A stretch of DNA of 22,481 nt, taken from the NCBI GenBank assembly GCA_052168235.1, contig JBQLZK010000090.1, positions 1 through 22,481 of the forward strand. The letters are read 5' to 3'. Below are positions 1 to 9,669 of this stretch, one piece after another (positions within the stretch are counted from its first letter, which is position 1; each line of letters opens with the position of its first letter). Position numbers and translations under genes: made by a program. The DNA comes from Thainema sp. (GTDB taxonomy: Bacteria; Cyanobacteriota; Cyanobacteriia; Phormidesmidales; Phormidesmidaceae). Under the pieces are notes generated by a model. It was not told the origin of the DNA and did not search any database. It saw only the letters and a list, made by a program, of their open reading frames with translations.

Positions 1-18
1 ACGTAATTGACCTCCTTT
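1..18 (-). promoter_or_regulatory. Strong Shine-Dalgarno (AAAGGAGGT) for a gene starting at the left window edge, downstream of dprA
   Basis: The minus strand reads AAAGGAGGT (18..10), a 7-nt spacer CAATTAC, then GT at 2..1, consistent with a GTG start cut by the edge. Confidence 0.6.
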
Positions 19-73
19 CGACTTGACTTTTAAGATAATCGCTCTCGCCTCACTTTCTTTACAGCCCTTTCTG

Positions 74-1183
74 CTAACTCCTCCGATACTGATTCCCCGG
101 CAACTGTGCCACCAGGCCCATCAGCTCAAGCTGTGTCAGCGCACCCAGAATCTGTCCTGTTGGTAAGCCCAGTTTCTGCACGATTAAATCCAGCGGCATT
201 GGATCGAAGGGAATTGCGTCAAAAACCTGCTTCAACTGAGGATTGAGATTTGGCAGCAGTGCCGAGTCTTCTGGTAGATCTTCCACGAGACGCAAATGTG
301 GCATTGCCCCTAATGCTTCTAGCAGCATGTCACTGTCCAGAATAATGTGGGCACCTTGATCAATTAGTCGCAGGCAACCGTGAGACTGCGGGTTATCCAG
401 CGAACCGGGTAGGGCATAGATATCTCGACAGTAATCATTGGCCAAGCGGGCTGTGATCAGTGCGCCAGATTTATCACCCGCTTCGGTGACGATTACGGCT
501 CGACTCAGTCCGGCAATAATTCGGTTACGACGGGGAAAATGGGTGCGATCGGGGGTTGTTCCGTCAGGATACTCACTGATTACTAGTCCCTGTTCTAGAA
601 TGCGCTTGTACAAAAACTGGTTGGAGCGGGGATAGACGACATCGACGCCTGTACCGAGTACAGCAATCGTGCGCCCATCTTTTTCAAGACAGCTTTTATG
701 GGCTTCCGTGTCAATGCCGTTCGCCAAACCGGATGCGATCGCAAATCCACTACGAGCCAAACTCATGCTCAATTTGCGCGTCCAGCGACGCCCGTAATCT
801 GATGGGCTGCGAGTGCCAACAATCCCCACAGTGGGCGTGATCCCCCGGTTTTCATCTGTATTAACTTGACCGCGATAATACAGTACGGGTGGCGGATCGG
901 TAATTTCAAACAGCAGCTTGGGATAGTCGAGATCAGCGGGTGTCCAAAAGCAGGGATAGCGCTGCTCATGCTGTTTAAGTAATTCTTCGGGATCAATCCG
1001 CGATCGCAACTGAGCAATTGCATCGGCTCCCTGTAAGCCAATGCCGTCTACGGCCAGTAAATCCGCTGGACTGGCAGCCCAGGCCTTGGCTAAACTGCCA
1101 AACTGCTGATGAATTCGCTTCAGGATAACGGGGCCAACGCCACTAATCGTTGACCAAGCTAGCCAATATGCCCGCTCTGTCAT
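74..1183 (-). CDS. dprA: DNA-processing/recombination mediator protein DprA (Smf)
   Basis: 369 aa. N-terminal SAM-like part (GVGPV), Rossmann-fold DprA motifs (PPPVLYYRG, IVGTR, SGLANGID, FPRRNRIIAGLS, SGALITA), C-terminal winged helix (LTQLELMGLV). Confidence 0.97.
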   Translation of the reverse strand: MTERAYWLAWSTISGVGPVILKRIHQQFGSLAKAWAASPADLLAVDGIGLQGADAIAQLRSRIDPEELLKQHEQRYPCFWTPADLDYPKLLFEITDPPPVLYYRGQVNTDENRGITPTVGIVGTRSPSDYGRRWTRKLSMSLARSGFAIASGLANGIDTEAHKSCLEKDGRTIAVLGTGVDVVYPRSNQFLYKRILEQGLVISEYPDGTTPDRTHFPRRNRIIAGLSRAVIVTEAGDKSGALITARLANDYCRDIYALPGSLDNPQSHGCLRLIDQGAHIILDSDMLLEALGAMPHLRLVEDLPEDSALLPNLNPQLKQVFDAIPFDPMPLDLIVQKLGLPTGQILGALTQLELMGLVAQLPGNQYRRS

Positions 1184-1227
1184 GAAATTGCCGAAATTGT
1201 CAATATTGATGTTCGTACACTATGGCA

Positions 1228-1264
1228 GTTGCCGTTGACCAACCGCAACTTACTCAACGGCAAC
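1228..1264. promoter_or_regulatory. 11-bp inverted repeat just upstream of dprA (operator or RNA hairpin)
   Basis: GTTGCCGTTGA (1228-1238) / TCAACGGCAAC (1254-1264) with a 15-nt loop, 45 bp upstream of the dprA ATG. Function is inferred. Confidence 0.4.
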
Positions 1265-2091
1265 AGGTATGGTATCAAGTTCAATTCAGCATAAAGGCGG
1301 AGATTGATCGCCAATTGACGGAAACCTTATCTCGTTTTGCAACGTTTGGTTGATGACAACGGTGGAACAATTGGCTCAAAATATTTTGTGACGAAACCAA
1401 TTGAAAAAAGGATTACAACCCCAAAAGGTTGTTTATAGTAGTAGATAACCAGACAACACGAACTCATTATGGCTTGATGCTTGGCTGCCTGCTCAACTTG
1501 CTTGACTTCTGTTAAACCCATGTTTGTCGCTGCTGATAGCGACGACTCCCATTCATTGCCTGATGTATCTACCACTAGGCGCTAGTTGTCAACAGGCAAG
1601 TTTCTGAGGAAAAGTAAGGAGTTATAGCCAACGCATTGACCAGCACGATGTGCGATCGCGCATACTGTCATTACTCAATCAAGGGTAAGTACAAAGACAC
1701 GCATCCAAAATAAACATTCTTGCAAAAGTGTGTACTTTTGTGTTTCTCTGTTTGTATTCCTAGTCACACTTCCTCGCGAACGCATCGTTAATTTCTCTGC
1801 CCCGAATAGTCCATTCTTCCCCGATGCTGAGTTCAGCTTGGGCAGCTTCTTTTATTTTTTGTCCTATTTTTTACTCAGTATGTAGCAAATACTGATTTAG
1901 CCGATATCCTATCGCTATCGCCATCTCAATTATCAATTTCATTTCTAGTCGCCTAGCCAGTTTGATCCCCGTCGCCCTTCTGCTATTCATTGTGTGTTCG
2001 TTGTCAATCCAGCGCCCCTTACTTCCTCGGTTTCCAGTGAGTTGAGCGAGACCATTCACCAGTTAGTTAGCTACTGTGTTCTCTTATTCCT

Positions 2092-4365
2092 ATGAACTTA
2101 CCCGCTGCCATTCAAACAACTTCAAATCACAATGTGCCATTACCCGATTGGTTACAGTCCTGTCTGATTGCCCAACCCGGTAGTAAGTCTGACCAACTGG
2201 GTGACAGCGCGTCTGCACAGGACGTGGATTTGGTCTGTCGCGCGTTTGAATTCGCCTATCAGCTGCATCGGGATCAATATCGAGCATCCGGTGAACCCTA
2301 CATCAGTCATCCGGTGGCAGTGGCTGGACTTCTGCGAGATTTGGGTGGCGGCAGCGCCATGATTGCGGCTGGTTTTTTACATGACATTGTGGAAGACACC
2401 GATGTCACCCCGACAGAAATTGAAGAACGGTTTGGCAGCGAAGTTCGACATTTGGTTGAAGGGGTCACTAAGCTTTCTAAGTTCAACTTTTCCAGCAAAA
2501 CCGAACGGCAGGCTGAGAACTTCCGCCGCATGTTCTTGGCAATGGCACAGGACATCCGCGTGATTGTCGTGAAGCTGGCTGACCGACTGCACAATATGCG
2601 AACGCTGGAACACTTGCCCTCTGAAAAACAGCGCCGCATTGCTCAAGAAACTCGCGAAATTTTTGCCCCCCTAGCGAATCGTCTCGGAATTGGTCGCTTT
2701 AAGTGGGAACTAGAGGATCTGGCGTTCAAGTACATCGAGCCGCAGTCCTACCGCGAAATTCAAACCCTAGTAGCCGAAAAGCGGGCCGATCGGGAAAACC
2801 GCCTACAAGATGTGGTGCAGACGATCTGCGATCGCTTACTCAAACTGGGCATTGATCCCGTTGATATCAGCGGTCGGCCCAAGCATCTGTACGGCATTTA
2901 TCAAAAAATGCAGCGCCAGCAAAAGGGCTTTGAAGAAATCTACGATATTGCAGCCATTCGCATCATTGTGACCGAGAAATATGAATGCTATCGGGCGCTG
3001 GCGGTTGTACATGATGCCTTTCGCCCGATTCCGGGTCGCTTCAAAGACTATATTGGTTTGCCTAAGCCCAACCGCTATCAGTCGCTCCACACAGCGGTAA
3101 TTGGTCGCACAGGCCGTCCAATTGAGGTGCAAATTCGCACTCAGGAAATGCACCACATTGCCGAGTATGGAATCGCGGCTCACTGGAAGTATAAGGAATC
3201 TGGTGGAGCTAGCGTTCAGGTCACGGCAGAAGACGAAAAGTTTACCTGGCTGCGCCAGCTTTTAGAGTGGCAAAGCGACCTGAAAGATGCCAATGAATAC
3301 CTAGAAAACGTTAAAGATAATCTCTTTGATGATGACGTTTATGTATTCACGCCTAAAGGTGACGTTCTTGCCCTAGCTCGCGGTGCTACCCCCGTTGACT
3401 TCGCTTATCGCATTCATACTGAAGTGGGGAATCACTGTGCCGGAGCCAAAGTTAATGGCCGAATCGTGACGCTGGACTATCGGCTACAGAACGGCGACAT
3501 TGTTGACATCATCACTCAAAAGAATGCCCGTCCCAGTTTGGACTGGATGAACTTTGCGTCAACCACCAGTGCTCGCAACCGCATCCGCCAGTGGTATAAG
3601 CGATCGCATCGCGATGAGAATATGGCTCGTGGGCGCGACATGCTGGAGAAAGAACTGGGTAAGGAAGGCTTTGAGTCGCTGCTCAAGTCCAGCCCAGCTC
3701 AGGTAGCAGCTGAACGATGTAACTACCAAACCGTAGACGATCTGCTGGCAGGTCTGGGCTACGGCGAAGTCACCATTAATAACGTGGTCAACCGTTTACG
3801 TGATGCCGTTAAAGCCCAGCAGCCGATTGCACCTGCTGCCACCGCTGAGGAATTACTCGAAGAAGCCGTTAACGTAACCCAAGCGCGGCCTCAGCAAAAA
3901 CAATCAGGCTCGCCAATCTTAGGCGTTGAAGGACTGCTGCACCACGTTGCCGGATGCTGTAATCCGCTACCCGGTGAACCGATTATCGGCGTAGTTACCC
4001 TTAGCAGCCGCGGCATTTCCATTCACCGTCAAGACTGTCCTAATATCGAGTCCATCGATGGCGATCGGTTCATTCCAGTAAGCTGGAACAACAGCAACGA
4101 TCAGCACGGACGGCCTCAAACGTATCCGGTCAATATTCAAATTGAGGTGATAGACCGAGTGGGCGTCCTGAAGGATATTCTGTCCCACCTCACAGACCAC
4201 AAAATCAACGTCAATAATGCTCAGGTCAAAACCTTCCCAGGCCAAACAGCCATTATTAACCTCGGCATCGATATTCGTGATCATCAGCAGTTAGAGTACA
4301 CCTTCATGCAGATTCGTAAAATGGCGGACGTGCTGAATATCAAGCGTGTTTTACAGTCTGACTAG
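2092..4365 (+). CDS. rel: Long bifunctional (p)ppGpp synthetase/hydrolase (RelA/SpoT homologue, Rel)
   Basis: 757 aa. Intact HD hydrolase motifs (RASGEPYISHP, LHDIVEDT, KLADRLHNMRTL), synthetase motifs (RPKH, RFKD, YQSLHT, EVQIRT, AAHWKYKE), TGS (VFTPKG, TPVDFAY), CC zinc-finger region (AGCCNPLPGE) and C-terminal ACT/RRM (DRVGVLKDI). Confidence 0.97.
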   Translation: MNLPAAIQTTSNHNVPLPDWLQSCLIAQPGSKSDQLGDSASAQDVDLVCRAFEFAYQLHRDQYRASGEPYISHPVAVAGLLRDLGGGSAMIAAGFLHDIVEDTDVTPTEIEERFGSEVRHLVEGVTKLSKFNFSSKTERQAENFRRMFLAMAQDIRVIVVKLADRLHNMRTLEHLPSEKQRRIAQETREIFAPLANRLGIGRFKWELEDLAFKYIEPQSYREIQTLVAEKRADRENRLQDVVQTICDRLLKLGIDPVDISGRPKHLYGIYQKMQRQQKGFEEIYDIAAIRIIVTEKYECYRALAVVHDAFRPIPGRFKDYIGLPKPNRYQSLHTAVIGRTGRPIEVQIRTQEMHHIAEYGIAAHWKYKESGGASVQVTAEDEKFTWLRQLLEWQSDLKDANEYLENVKDNLFDDDVYVFTPKGDVLALARGATPVDFAYRIHTEVGNHCAGAKVNGRIVTLDYRLQNGDIVDIITQKNARPSLDWMNFASTTSARNRIRQWYKRSHRDENMARGRDMLEKELGKEGFESLLKSSPAQVAAERCNYQTVDDLLAGLGYGEVTINNVVNRLRDAVKAQQPIAPAATAEELLEEAVNVTQARPQQKQSGSPILGVEGLLHHVAGCCNPLPGEPIIGVVTLSSRGISIHRQDCPNIESIDGDRFIPVSWNNSNDQHGRPQTYPVNIQIEVIDRVGVLKDILSHLTDHKINVNNAQVKTFPGQTAIINLGIDIRDHQQLEYTFMQIRKMADVLNIKRVLQSD

Positions 4366-4419
4366 TCTGAACGACCAACCTGGCTAATCTGGAGCCTGAG
4401 ACAGGGTTATAGGGTTCAC

Positions 4420-4884
4420 CTAAACTTGAACTCCCAAAATCATGTAGATCAAGAATCCGGTGACCACACCGTAGCAGCAGGACATGAACCCCTTCAACGA
4501 ATTGCGATGATAGCTCCAGACGATGGCCGCAAACGTTCCAGAAAACAAGAGTTCTCCAATTGGGAAACTGGTTTCGTAGAAGTTTCGGGCCATGATGAAC
4601 ATCATGATTGTCCAAACGGAGAAGACAAAGTAAAGGTTGAAGGGCGGAGTTTGATTCCGCCCCTTCGTCACCTTTGAGAAAAAGGTGATGTAAATATTGA
4701 AAATGAAGGGTAGAACAGCGGCAAACAAGCTGCGCAAGCCGGTAACAGAACTTGCTGCAAATGCACCGACTAAAAAATAAATCATGTAGCCAAGCAGGAT
4801 CATGAGCGCTGAACCTGCGATCGCAGTATTAATCATCTTGATCCAGCGCTCTTGCTGAGGAGTCAACCCCGTTTGCTTATTCAT
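4420..4884 (-). CDS. Hypothetical integral membrane protein (about 5 hydrophobic segments)
   Basis: 154-aa ATG-started ORF filling the space convergent to rel, with alternating hydrophobic stretches. No family recognised. Confidence 0.75.
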   Translation of the reverse strand: MNKQTGLTPQQERWIKMINTAIAGSALMILLGYMIYFLVGAFAASSVTGLRSLFAAVLPFIFNIYITFFSKVTKGRNQTPPFNLYFVFSVWTIMMFIMARNFYETSFPIGELLFSGTFAAIVWSYHRNSLKGFMSCCYGVVTGFLIYMILGVQV

Positions 4885-5039
4885 AAATTAGATTGCTCTA
4901 CAGCTTACATAAAACCCTAAGCAGGGAAACTAGCCAGTATAAGTTTTATCACAGAGGGAAGATATTACTAATCTGGCTCACAACTTAGCTGGCTCGTAAT
5001 TTAGGATTAGTGTACCAAAAGCCACCAAAAATATTGAGC

Positions 5040-5252
5040 TTAAGCGTTCAACCTTGAATTAGCAGCAAAATGCTGAGAAATAATTTGCTTTGCTTCTTCT
5101 TCGGACGACAAACGATAGTGAGCTAAAAATGTAAACGCTCTGTCTCTCCGATCATTGGGAGCTGCAGGTTCCCAAAGAGTTAGCTGAATTTCATTTTTGA
5201 AAGAGCGAATCCGACATTGAACCGAGGATTGAACTGAAGAGTTAGCCAACAT
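5040..5252 (-). CDS. Small hypothetical protein (about 70 aa)
   Basis: ATG at 5252 (a TTG at 5267 is the alternative). Protein-like composition (RIRSFKNEIQLTLWE...FLAHYRLSSEEEAKQII). Same strand as, and upstream of, the membrane protein. Confidence 0.55.
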   Translation of the reverse strand: MLANSSVQSSVQCRIRSFKNEIQLTLWEPAAPNDRRDRAFTFLAHYRLSSEEEAKQIISQHFAANSRLNA

Positions 5253-5930
5253 GATAGTGTCAAGCAAAATAAATTATTAAACGGAAATTGAGATAAAAAT
5301 AAGCTGAGTCGTTTGGGCACTGCAGCAAACAAATCAAGCACCCTCGTAACCATCAAATTAATGTAAATAACGTTGATGCGTCCTCTGTCCCGGAGGTGAT
5401 CTCCCACCGATTAGCTCTATCCACCTATAGATCAGCTAGATCAGCTTTTAAGTTCTGGTAGTAAAGGGCTGAGCATGAGAATTATGAGCATAAGGATCAA
5501 CGTCGAGAACGAAAGATCACGTGCTGAGCCAACTCGGAAATCGTCTTGCTTATTCCTCTCACCTTTCGCCTTAATTCTCAAATCCTTTATCAAACCCTTC
5601 AATCCGGCCTTACTTGCTCAGTTTGCACTCAAAATCAACGTCAGCGTTTGCCACCCTGAAGGGTGATGACAAATACCTGCTTCGTTTTTTAGTAATGAAA
5701 TGATGCATTTGCCAAATTGATCGCCTAAAACCCTTTCAATAAAGGGTTACACGACAATAGCTAACCCTTAAGTTGTTGATTTGAACAGTTCAAATTAGAG
5801 TGTTGAAAGCTTTTTGTCGCAGATCTCATCTCATCCGCTAGAATTTACTGCAATAGTTTCTGGCGTTCTGGGCATTTTATGTCCATAATGCATCTACTCA
5901 TCACTTCGCAATTGTTCTTCTTTTTTGTTC

Positions 5931-7499
5931 ATGACTGCTGTGCCTGTTCCACCACGGTCACCTAAATCGTCTCACAAGTCTGCTAGTCAGCCATCGACTC
6001 CAGAGGTGACGCCTGTTTTCGCGTTGAAGGAAATGGTGGCGCGTTTACGGCGGGAACAGGACAAGATTCAGGATCTGCTGAGTTCACTGGGCTTTGCTCT
6101 GCGTAGCTTTAATAATCTTAATCAGTTTTTAGAACTGATTCCGATGATGGCTAGCCGCGTAACCGACAGTGATGGAGGGGCTCTTATTTTGTTTCGGCCA
6201 GATGGCCAAATGCGGTTAGAGCGTTTGCATTGTCAAGGTAGCGATCGCTGTCGGGATGTGAGACGCGCGATTGAGGCAGCAACTCGCCATGTGACCTCTA
6301 CACTGCCTGTACCGACCGAATCAAGTGCAATCACGCTGGCATCAGGTGCGATGCTGGCATTGGATCGGCAGATTCATCAGTTTTTGGGGTCAGATATTCA
6401 AATTTTTGGCACCGCCATCATTGTCAAAAATGTGGAGCGGGGACGCCTATACGTCTTTAGTCGAGATTCCAGCTATAGCTGGACAGAAACGCGACAAAAA
6501 CTGGTGCGGTTAGTGGCCGATCAAACGGCTGTCGCGATTGAAAATGATGAACTGACAGTTCAATTACGCAAAAAAGATCGGCTGGATCGCGAGCTGGAAA
6601 TTGGCGCAGAAATTCAGCTTCAGCTCTTGCCTAGTCATTGCCCAACTATTAAAGGAATTGAGCTAGCGGCTCGCTGCAAAACGGCAAACCGCGTGGGTGG
6701 CGACTATTATGACTTTATTCCAGCGAATTATGACGAATTGAGACCCCATGAAGGCGATCATCAGCCGGAGCAAGGCACCTGGAGTTTTGCGATCGGAGAT
6801 GTGATGGGCAAGGGGGTGCCCGCCGGACTGATTATGACCATGCTGCGGGGAATGCTGCGAGCGGAGGTGCTGAATGGTCACTCACCCGCGCGGATTTTGC
6901 AACACCTGAACCGCGTTATGTATGCCGATTTGGAAAACTCTAATCGGTTTGTGACGCTGTTTTACTCAGAATATGATCCAGAAACGCAGATTTTGCGCTA
7001 CAGCAATGCTGCTCACAATCCGCCACTGCTCTGGCGCGAGTCGAAGAAGACGGTGAAACGGCTTGACACATTGGGTATGCTGATTGGCTTGGATCGAGAC
7101 ACGCAATATCACGATGCCCAAGTCCATCTCCAGCCAGGGGATACGATCATTTACTACACAGATGGCTTTACGGATGCCGCCAATCAAAGCGGTGAGCGGT
7201 TTGATGAGGAAAACCTAATCCAGAGCTTTTGCTGGGCCTGCGAGAATTTTGATCATCCGGAAGAAATTTTGGACTATCTATTCAGTCGGCTCCAGCAGTT
7301 TATTGGCTCGGCTCGTCACAATGAAGACGACATGACGCTGATTGTGATGCGAGTTGATTCCGATCGCACCCTGCGCGCAGCTCAAAATAAGGATGGGGAA
7401 ACCGACACAACCACAGATGAATCGTCTGATGATGGTTCATCTGCATTGAAGAAGAAAGAGACAGGTCGGGAGCCACAACTTCCTCATTTTCTAAGGTAG
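5931..7499 (+). CDS. GAF + PP2C/SpoIIE protein-serine phosphatase (RsbU-like, cyanobacterial Slr2031-type)
   Basis: N-terminal coiled coil and GAF (LVADQTAVAIEN), linker RELEIGAEIQ, PPM motifs VGGDYYD, IGDVMGKG, YTDG and DDMT. ATG at 5931 preferred over TTG at 5925. Near-adjacency to argH is, from recall, common in cyanobacteria. Confidence 0.92.
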   Translation: MTAVPVPPRSPKSSHKSASQPSTPEVTPVFALKEMVARLRREQDKIQDLLSSLGFALRSFNNLNQFLELIPMMASRVTDSDGGALILFRPDGQMRLERLHCQGSDRCRDVRRAIEAATRHVTSTLPVPTESSAITLASGAMLALDRQIHQFLGSDIQIFGTAIIVKNVERGRLYVFSRDSSYSWTETRQKLVRLVADQTAVAIENDELTVQLRKKDRLDRELEIGAEIQLQLLPSHCPTIKGIELAARCKTANRVGGDYYDFIPANYDELRPHEGDHQPEQGTWSFAIGDVMGKGVPAGLIMTMLRGMLRAEVLNGHSPARILQHLNRVMYADLENSNRFVTLFYSEYDPETQILRYSNAAHNPPLLWRESKKTVKRLDTLGMLIGLDRDTQYHDAQVHLQPGDTIIYYTDGFTDAANQSGERFDEENLIQSFCWACENFDHPEEILDYLFSRLQQFIGSARHNEDDMTLIVMRVDSDRTLRAAQNKDGETDTTTDESSDDGSSALKKKETGREPQLPHFLR

Positions 7500-7614
7500 A
7501 TTTCAAAAGTAGATTGTGTAGATTTCAAGTCGCGTTTTTGAGATAAAGCGATTTGGGCATACTAGTTTCTGGTAAGCTCTGTGGTCAGAATGGTCGTTGT
7601 GTGAGGTGATTTTT

Positions 7615-7902
7615 ATGGTTGAGCATATGGAAGGATTGAGTGCGATCGCAGATTTAGCAGACTTGATCATCGTTCATCCAGTTGAATTAGAAATAAACTA
7701 CGAGCCGATGCCAATCGATTGGCACATGGAGCTGTTTTCTACGACTGATGCCCAAGATCTTGTGCTGGCGCAGTTTGAGCAGGATCTTTGGGGTGATGTT
7801 AGTGGTGCATTCAACAACTTTGTTGAGTCGGGTCAACTTTGGGCTCTGCTAATCGGTATTGTGCTGGGTTACCTCTTAAAGGGTCTGACATCTTTCGGCT
7901 AA
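7615..7902 (+). CDS. Small cyanobacterial membrane protein with a C-terminal TM helix
   Basis: ATG at 7615 preceded by GAGGTGA. The C-terminus LAQ...FNNFVESGQLWALLIGIVLGYLL resembles a conserved cyanobacterial hypothetical family (recalled, not searched). Confidence 0.75.
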   Translation: MVEHMEGLSAIADLADLIIVHPVELEINYEPMPIDWHMELFSTTDAQDLVLAQFEQDLWGDVSGAFNNFVESGQLWALLIGIVLGYLLKGLTSFG

Positions 7903-7945
7903 TTTTCAGTCTTGGATCAGCCTGATATCTACTTTTCACCGAACT

Positions 7946-7999
7946 GAAAGGAAAACGGTGGATTTTGCCGCTAGCGGCAAAATCCACCGTTTTCCTTTC
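7946..7999. repeat. 54-bp perfect palindrome (MITE/REP-like) bracketed by TCTACTTT direct repeats
   Basis: GAAAGGAAAACGGTGGATTTTGCCGCT|AGCGGCAAAATCCACCGTTTTCCTTTC with 27-bp arms. TCTACTTT occurs at 7928-7935 and 8002-8009. Confidence 0.9.
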
Positions 8000-8152
8000 G
8001 GTCTACTTTGTGTCATGGTCTCCTAGCGCATGACCAGAGTCAGCTAGTTCAATTTATAACCGCATTCCGCTATTGTTACTAAAGCATTGGGGACGGTATT
8101 CATTCTGCGTAGCCCCATTGCTTGCTGTTTGATTACTTTCTGATGGCACTGC

Positions 8153-9547
8153 ATGAACAATCCTTCCCAATCCGCGCCTCAAACTTGGAGCCAGCGATTT
8201 GAAACGGCTCTCCATCCTGCGATCGCAAAGTTTAATGCCAGTATTGGCTTTGATATTGAGCTGATTGAATATGACATCACTGGTTCCCAAGCCCATGCCA
8301 ATATGCTGGCATACACGGGCATTATCTCTCAGGAAGAAGGAACAACCCTGATTGCAGGATTGGAGCAGGTTCGGCAGGAATATCGGGACGGCAAGTTTAA
8401 TCCCGGTATTGAAGCCGAGGATGTTCACTTTGCCGTTGAGCGGCGACTGACGGAGCTAGTTGGCGATGTCGGTAAAAAACTGCATACTGCGCGATCGCGC
8501 AATGATCAGGTTGGCACCGATATCCGGCTTTATCTGCGGGATCAAATCGACCAAATTCGCACCCAGCTCAAGCAGTTCCAGTCAGTTTTGCTCGATCAGG
8601 CCGAGCGCAATATTGAAACCTTGATTCCCGGCTATACCCATCTGCAGCGGGCGCAGCCGCTGAGCCTAGCGCATCACCTGCTGGCCTACTGCGACATGGC
8701 GCAGCGGGACTGGGAACGCTTGGGCGATGTCTATCAGCGGGTCAACACTTGTCCCTTGGGCAGCGGTGCGCTGGCGGGTACGACGTTTCCGATTGATCGC
8801 CACTACACGGCTAATCTGCTGGAGTTTGGTCAGGTTTATACGAATAGTCTGGATGGCGTGAGCGATCGCGATTTTGCGATTGAGTTCCTCTGCGCGGCCA
8901 GCCTGATTATGGTGCATCTCTCGCGGCTGTCCGAGGAAGTGATTCTTTGGGCGTCAGAAGAGTTTCGCTTCGTCTCGCTGAAGGATAGCTGCTCCACCGG
9001 GTCAAGCATCATGCCTCAGAAGAAAAACCCGGATGTGCCCGAACTGGTGCGGGGTAAAACTGGGCGCGTGTTTGGTCATCTGCAAGGGCTGCTGGTGCTG
9101 ATGAAAGGCTTGCCACTGGCCTATAACAAGGACTTGCAGGAAGACAAAGAAGCATTGTTTGACTCTGTCAAAACGGTCAAAGCTTGTCTTGAAGCGATGA
9201 CGATTCTATTTCAAGAAGGGCTGGAGTTTCGCACAGCGCGACTGGCTGAAGCGGTTTCAGAAGATTTCTCTAATGCGACAGACGTGGCGGATTATCTGGC
9301 GGCTAAAGGCGTGCCGTTTCGTGAGGCATATAACCTGGTCGGCAAAGTGGTCAAAACGTCGCTGGCGGCAGGGAAACTGCTCAAGGATCTCACTCTGCAA
9401 GAATGGCAGCAGATTCATCCGGCTTTTGAAAAAGATATCTATGATGCGATCTCACCTCGGCAAGTGGTGGCAGCGCGAAATAGCTTTGGCGGCACGGGCT
9501 TTGAGCAAGTCCGCAGTGCCGTACATAATGCACGAACCCGCCTGTAA
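8153..9547 (+). CDS. argH: Argininosuccinate lyase
   Basis: 464 aa. [21 protein letters not shown], fumarate-lyase signature [33 protein letters not shown]. Confidence 0.98.
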   Translation: MNNPSQSAPQTWSQRFETALHPAIAKFNASIGFDIELIEYDITGSQAHANMLAYTGIISQEEGTTLIAGLEQVRQEYRDGKFNPGIEAEDVHFAVERRLTELVGDVGKKLHTARSRNDQVGTDIRLYLRDQIDQIRTQLKQFQSVLLDQAERNIETLIPGYTHLQRAQPLSLAHHLLAYCDMAQRDWERLGDVYQRVNTCPLGSGALAGTTFPIDRHYTANLLEFGQVYTNSLDGVSDRDFAIEFLCAASLIMVHLSRLSEEVILWASEEFRFVSLKDSCSTGSSIMPQKKNPDVPELVRGKTGRVFGHLQGLLVLMKGLPLAYNKDLQEDKEALFDSVKTVKACLEAMTILFQEGLEFRTARLAEAVSEDFSNATDVADYLAAKGVPFREAYNLVGKVVKTSLAAGKLLKDLTLQEWQQIHPAFEKDIYDAISPRQVVAARNSFGGTGFEQVRSAVHNARTRL

Positions 9548-9560
9548 TTGAGGTTTAGTC

Positions 9561-9604
9561 ATGATGTTGGGCTGCGTGGGCTGAGCTCAGCAGCCCAACA
9601 TCAT
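9561..9604. repeat. 15-bp inverted repeat between argH and pepA (REP-like hairpin, possible terminator or mRNA stabiliser)
   Basis: ATGATGTTGGGCTGC (9561-9575) / GCAGCCCAACATCAT (9590-9604). No U-tract follows. Confidence 0.75.
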
Positions 9605-9669
9605 AATCCGATGGAAGTGCGTAATACTGGAACAATAACGAACAATTGATGTGAAGGAAAAGGCTAGGA

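Noticed and set aside
1205..1225. Possible LexA box (GTTCGTAC) upstream of dprA
   Set aside because: It does not fit the cyanobacterial RGTAC-N3-DGTWCB spacing on either strand.
1327..1575. 82-aa minus-strand ORF upstream of dprA
   Set aside because: No recognisable motif or RBS and an atypical composition. It cannot be supported, though it is not excluded.
1871..2059. 62-aa minus-strand ORF in the rel leader
   Set aside because: Short, featureless, and antisense to the probable rel promoter/5'-UTR.
2090..4284. Several 60-115 aa ORFs overlapping rel (and similar ones inside argH, pepA, the SDR, minC/minD and the ligase)
   Set aside because: Shadow frames of well-supported genes with no independent coding signal.
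5180..5666. ORFs 5180-5407 (-) and 5475-5666 (+)
   Set aside because: Low-information ORFs in an AT-rich promoter region. The first overlaps the better 5040-5252 ORF.
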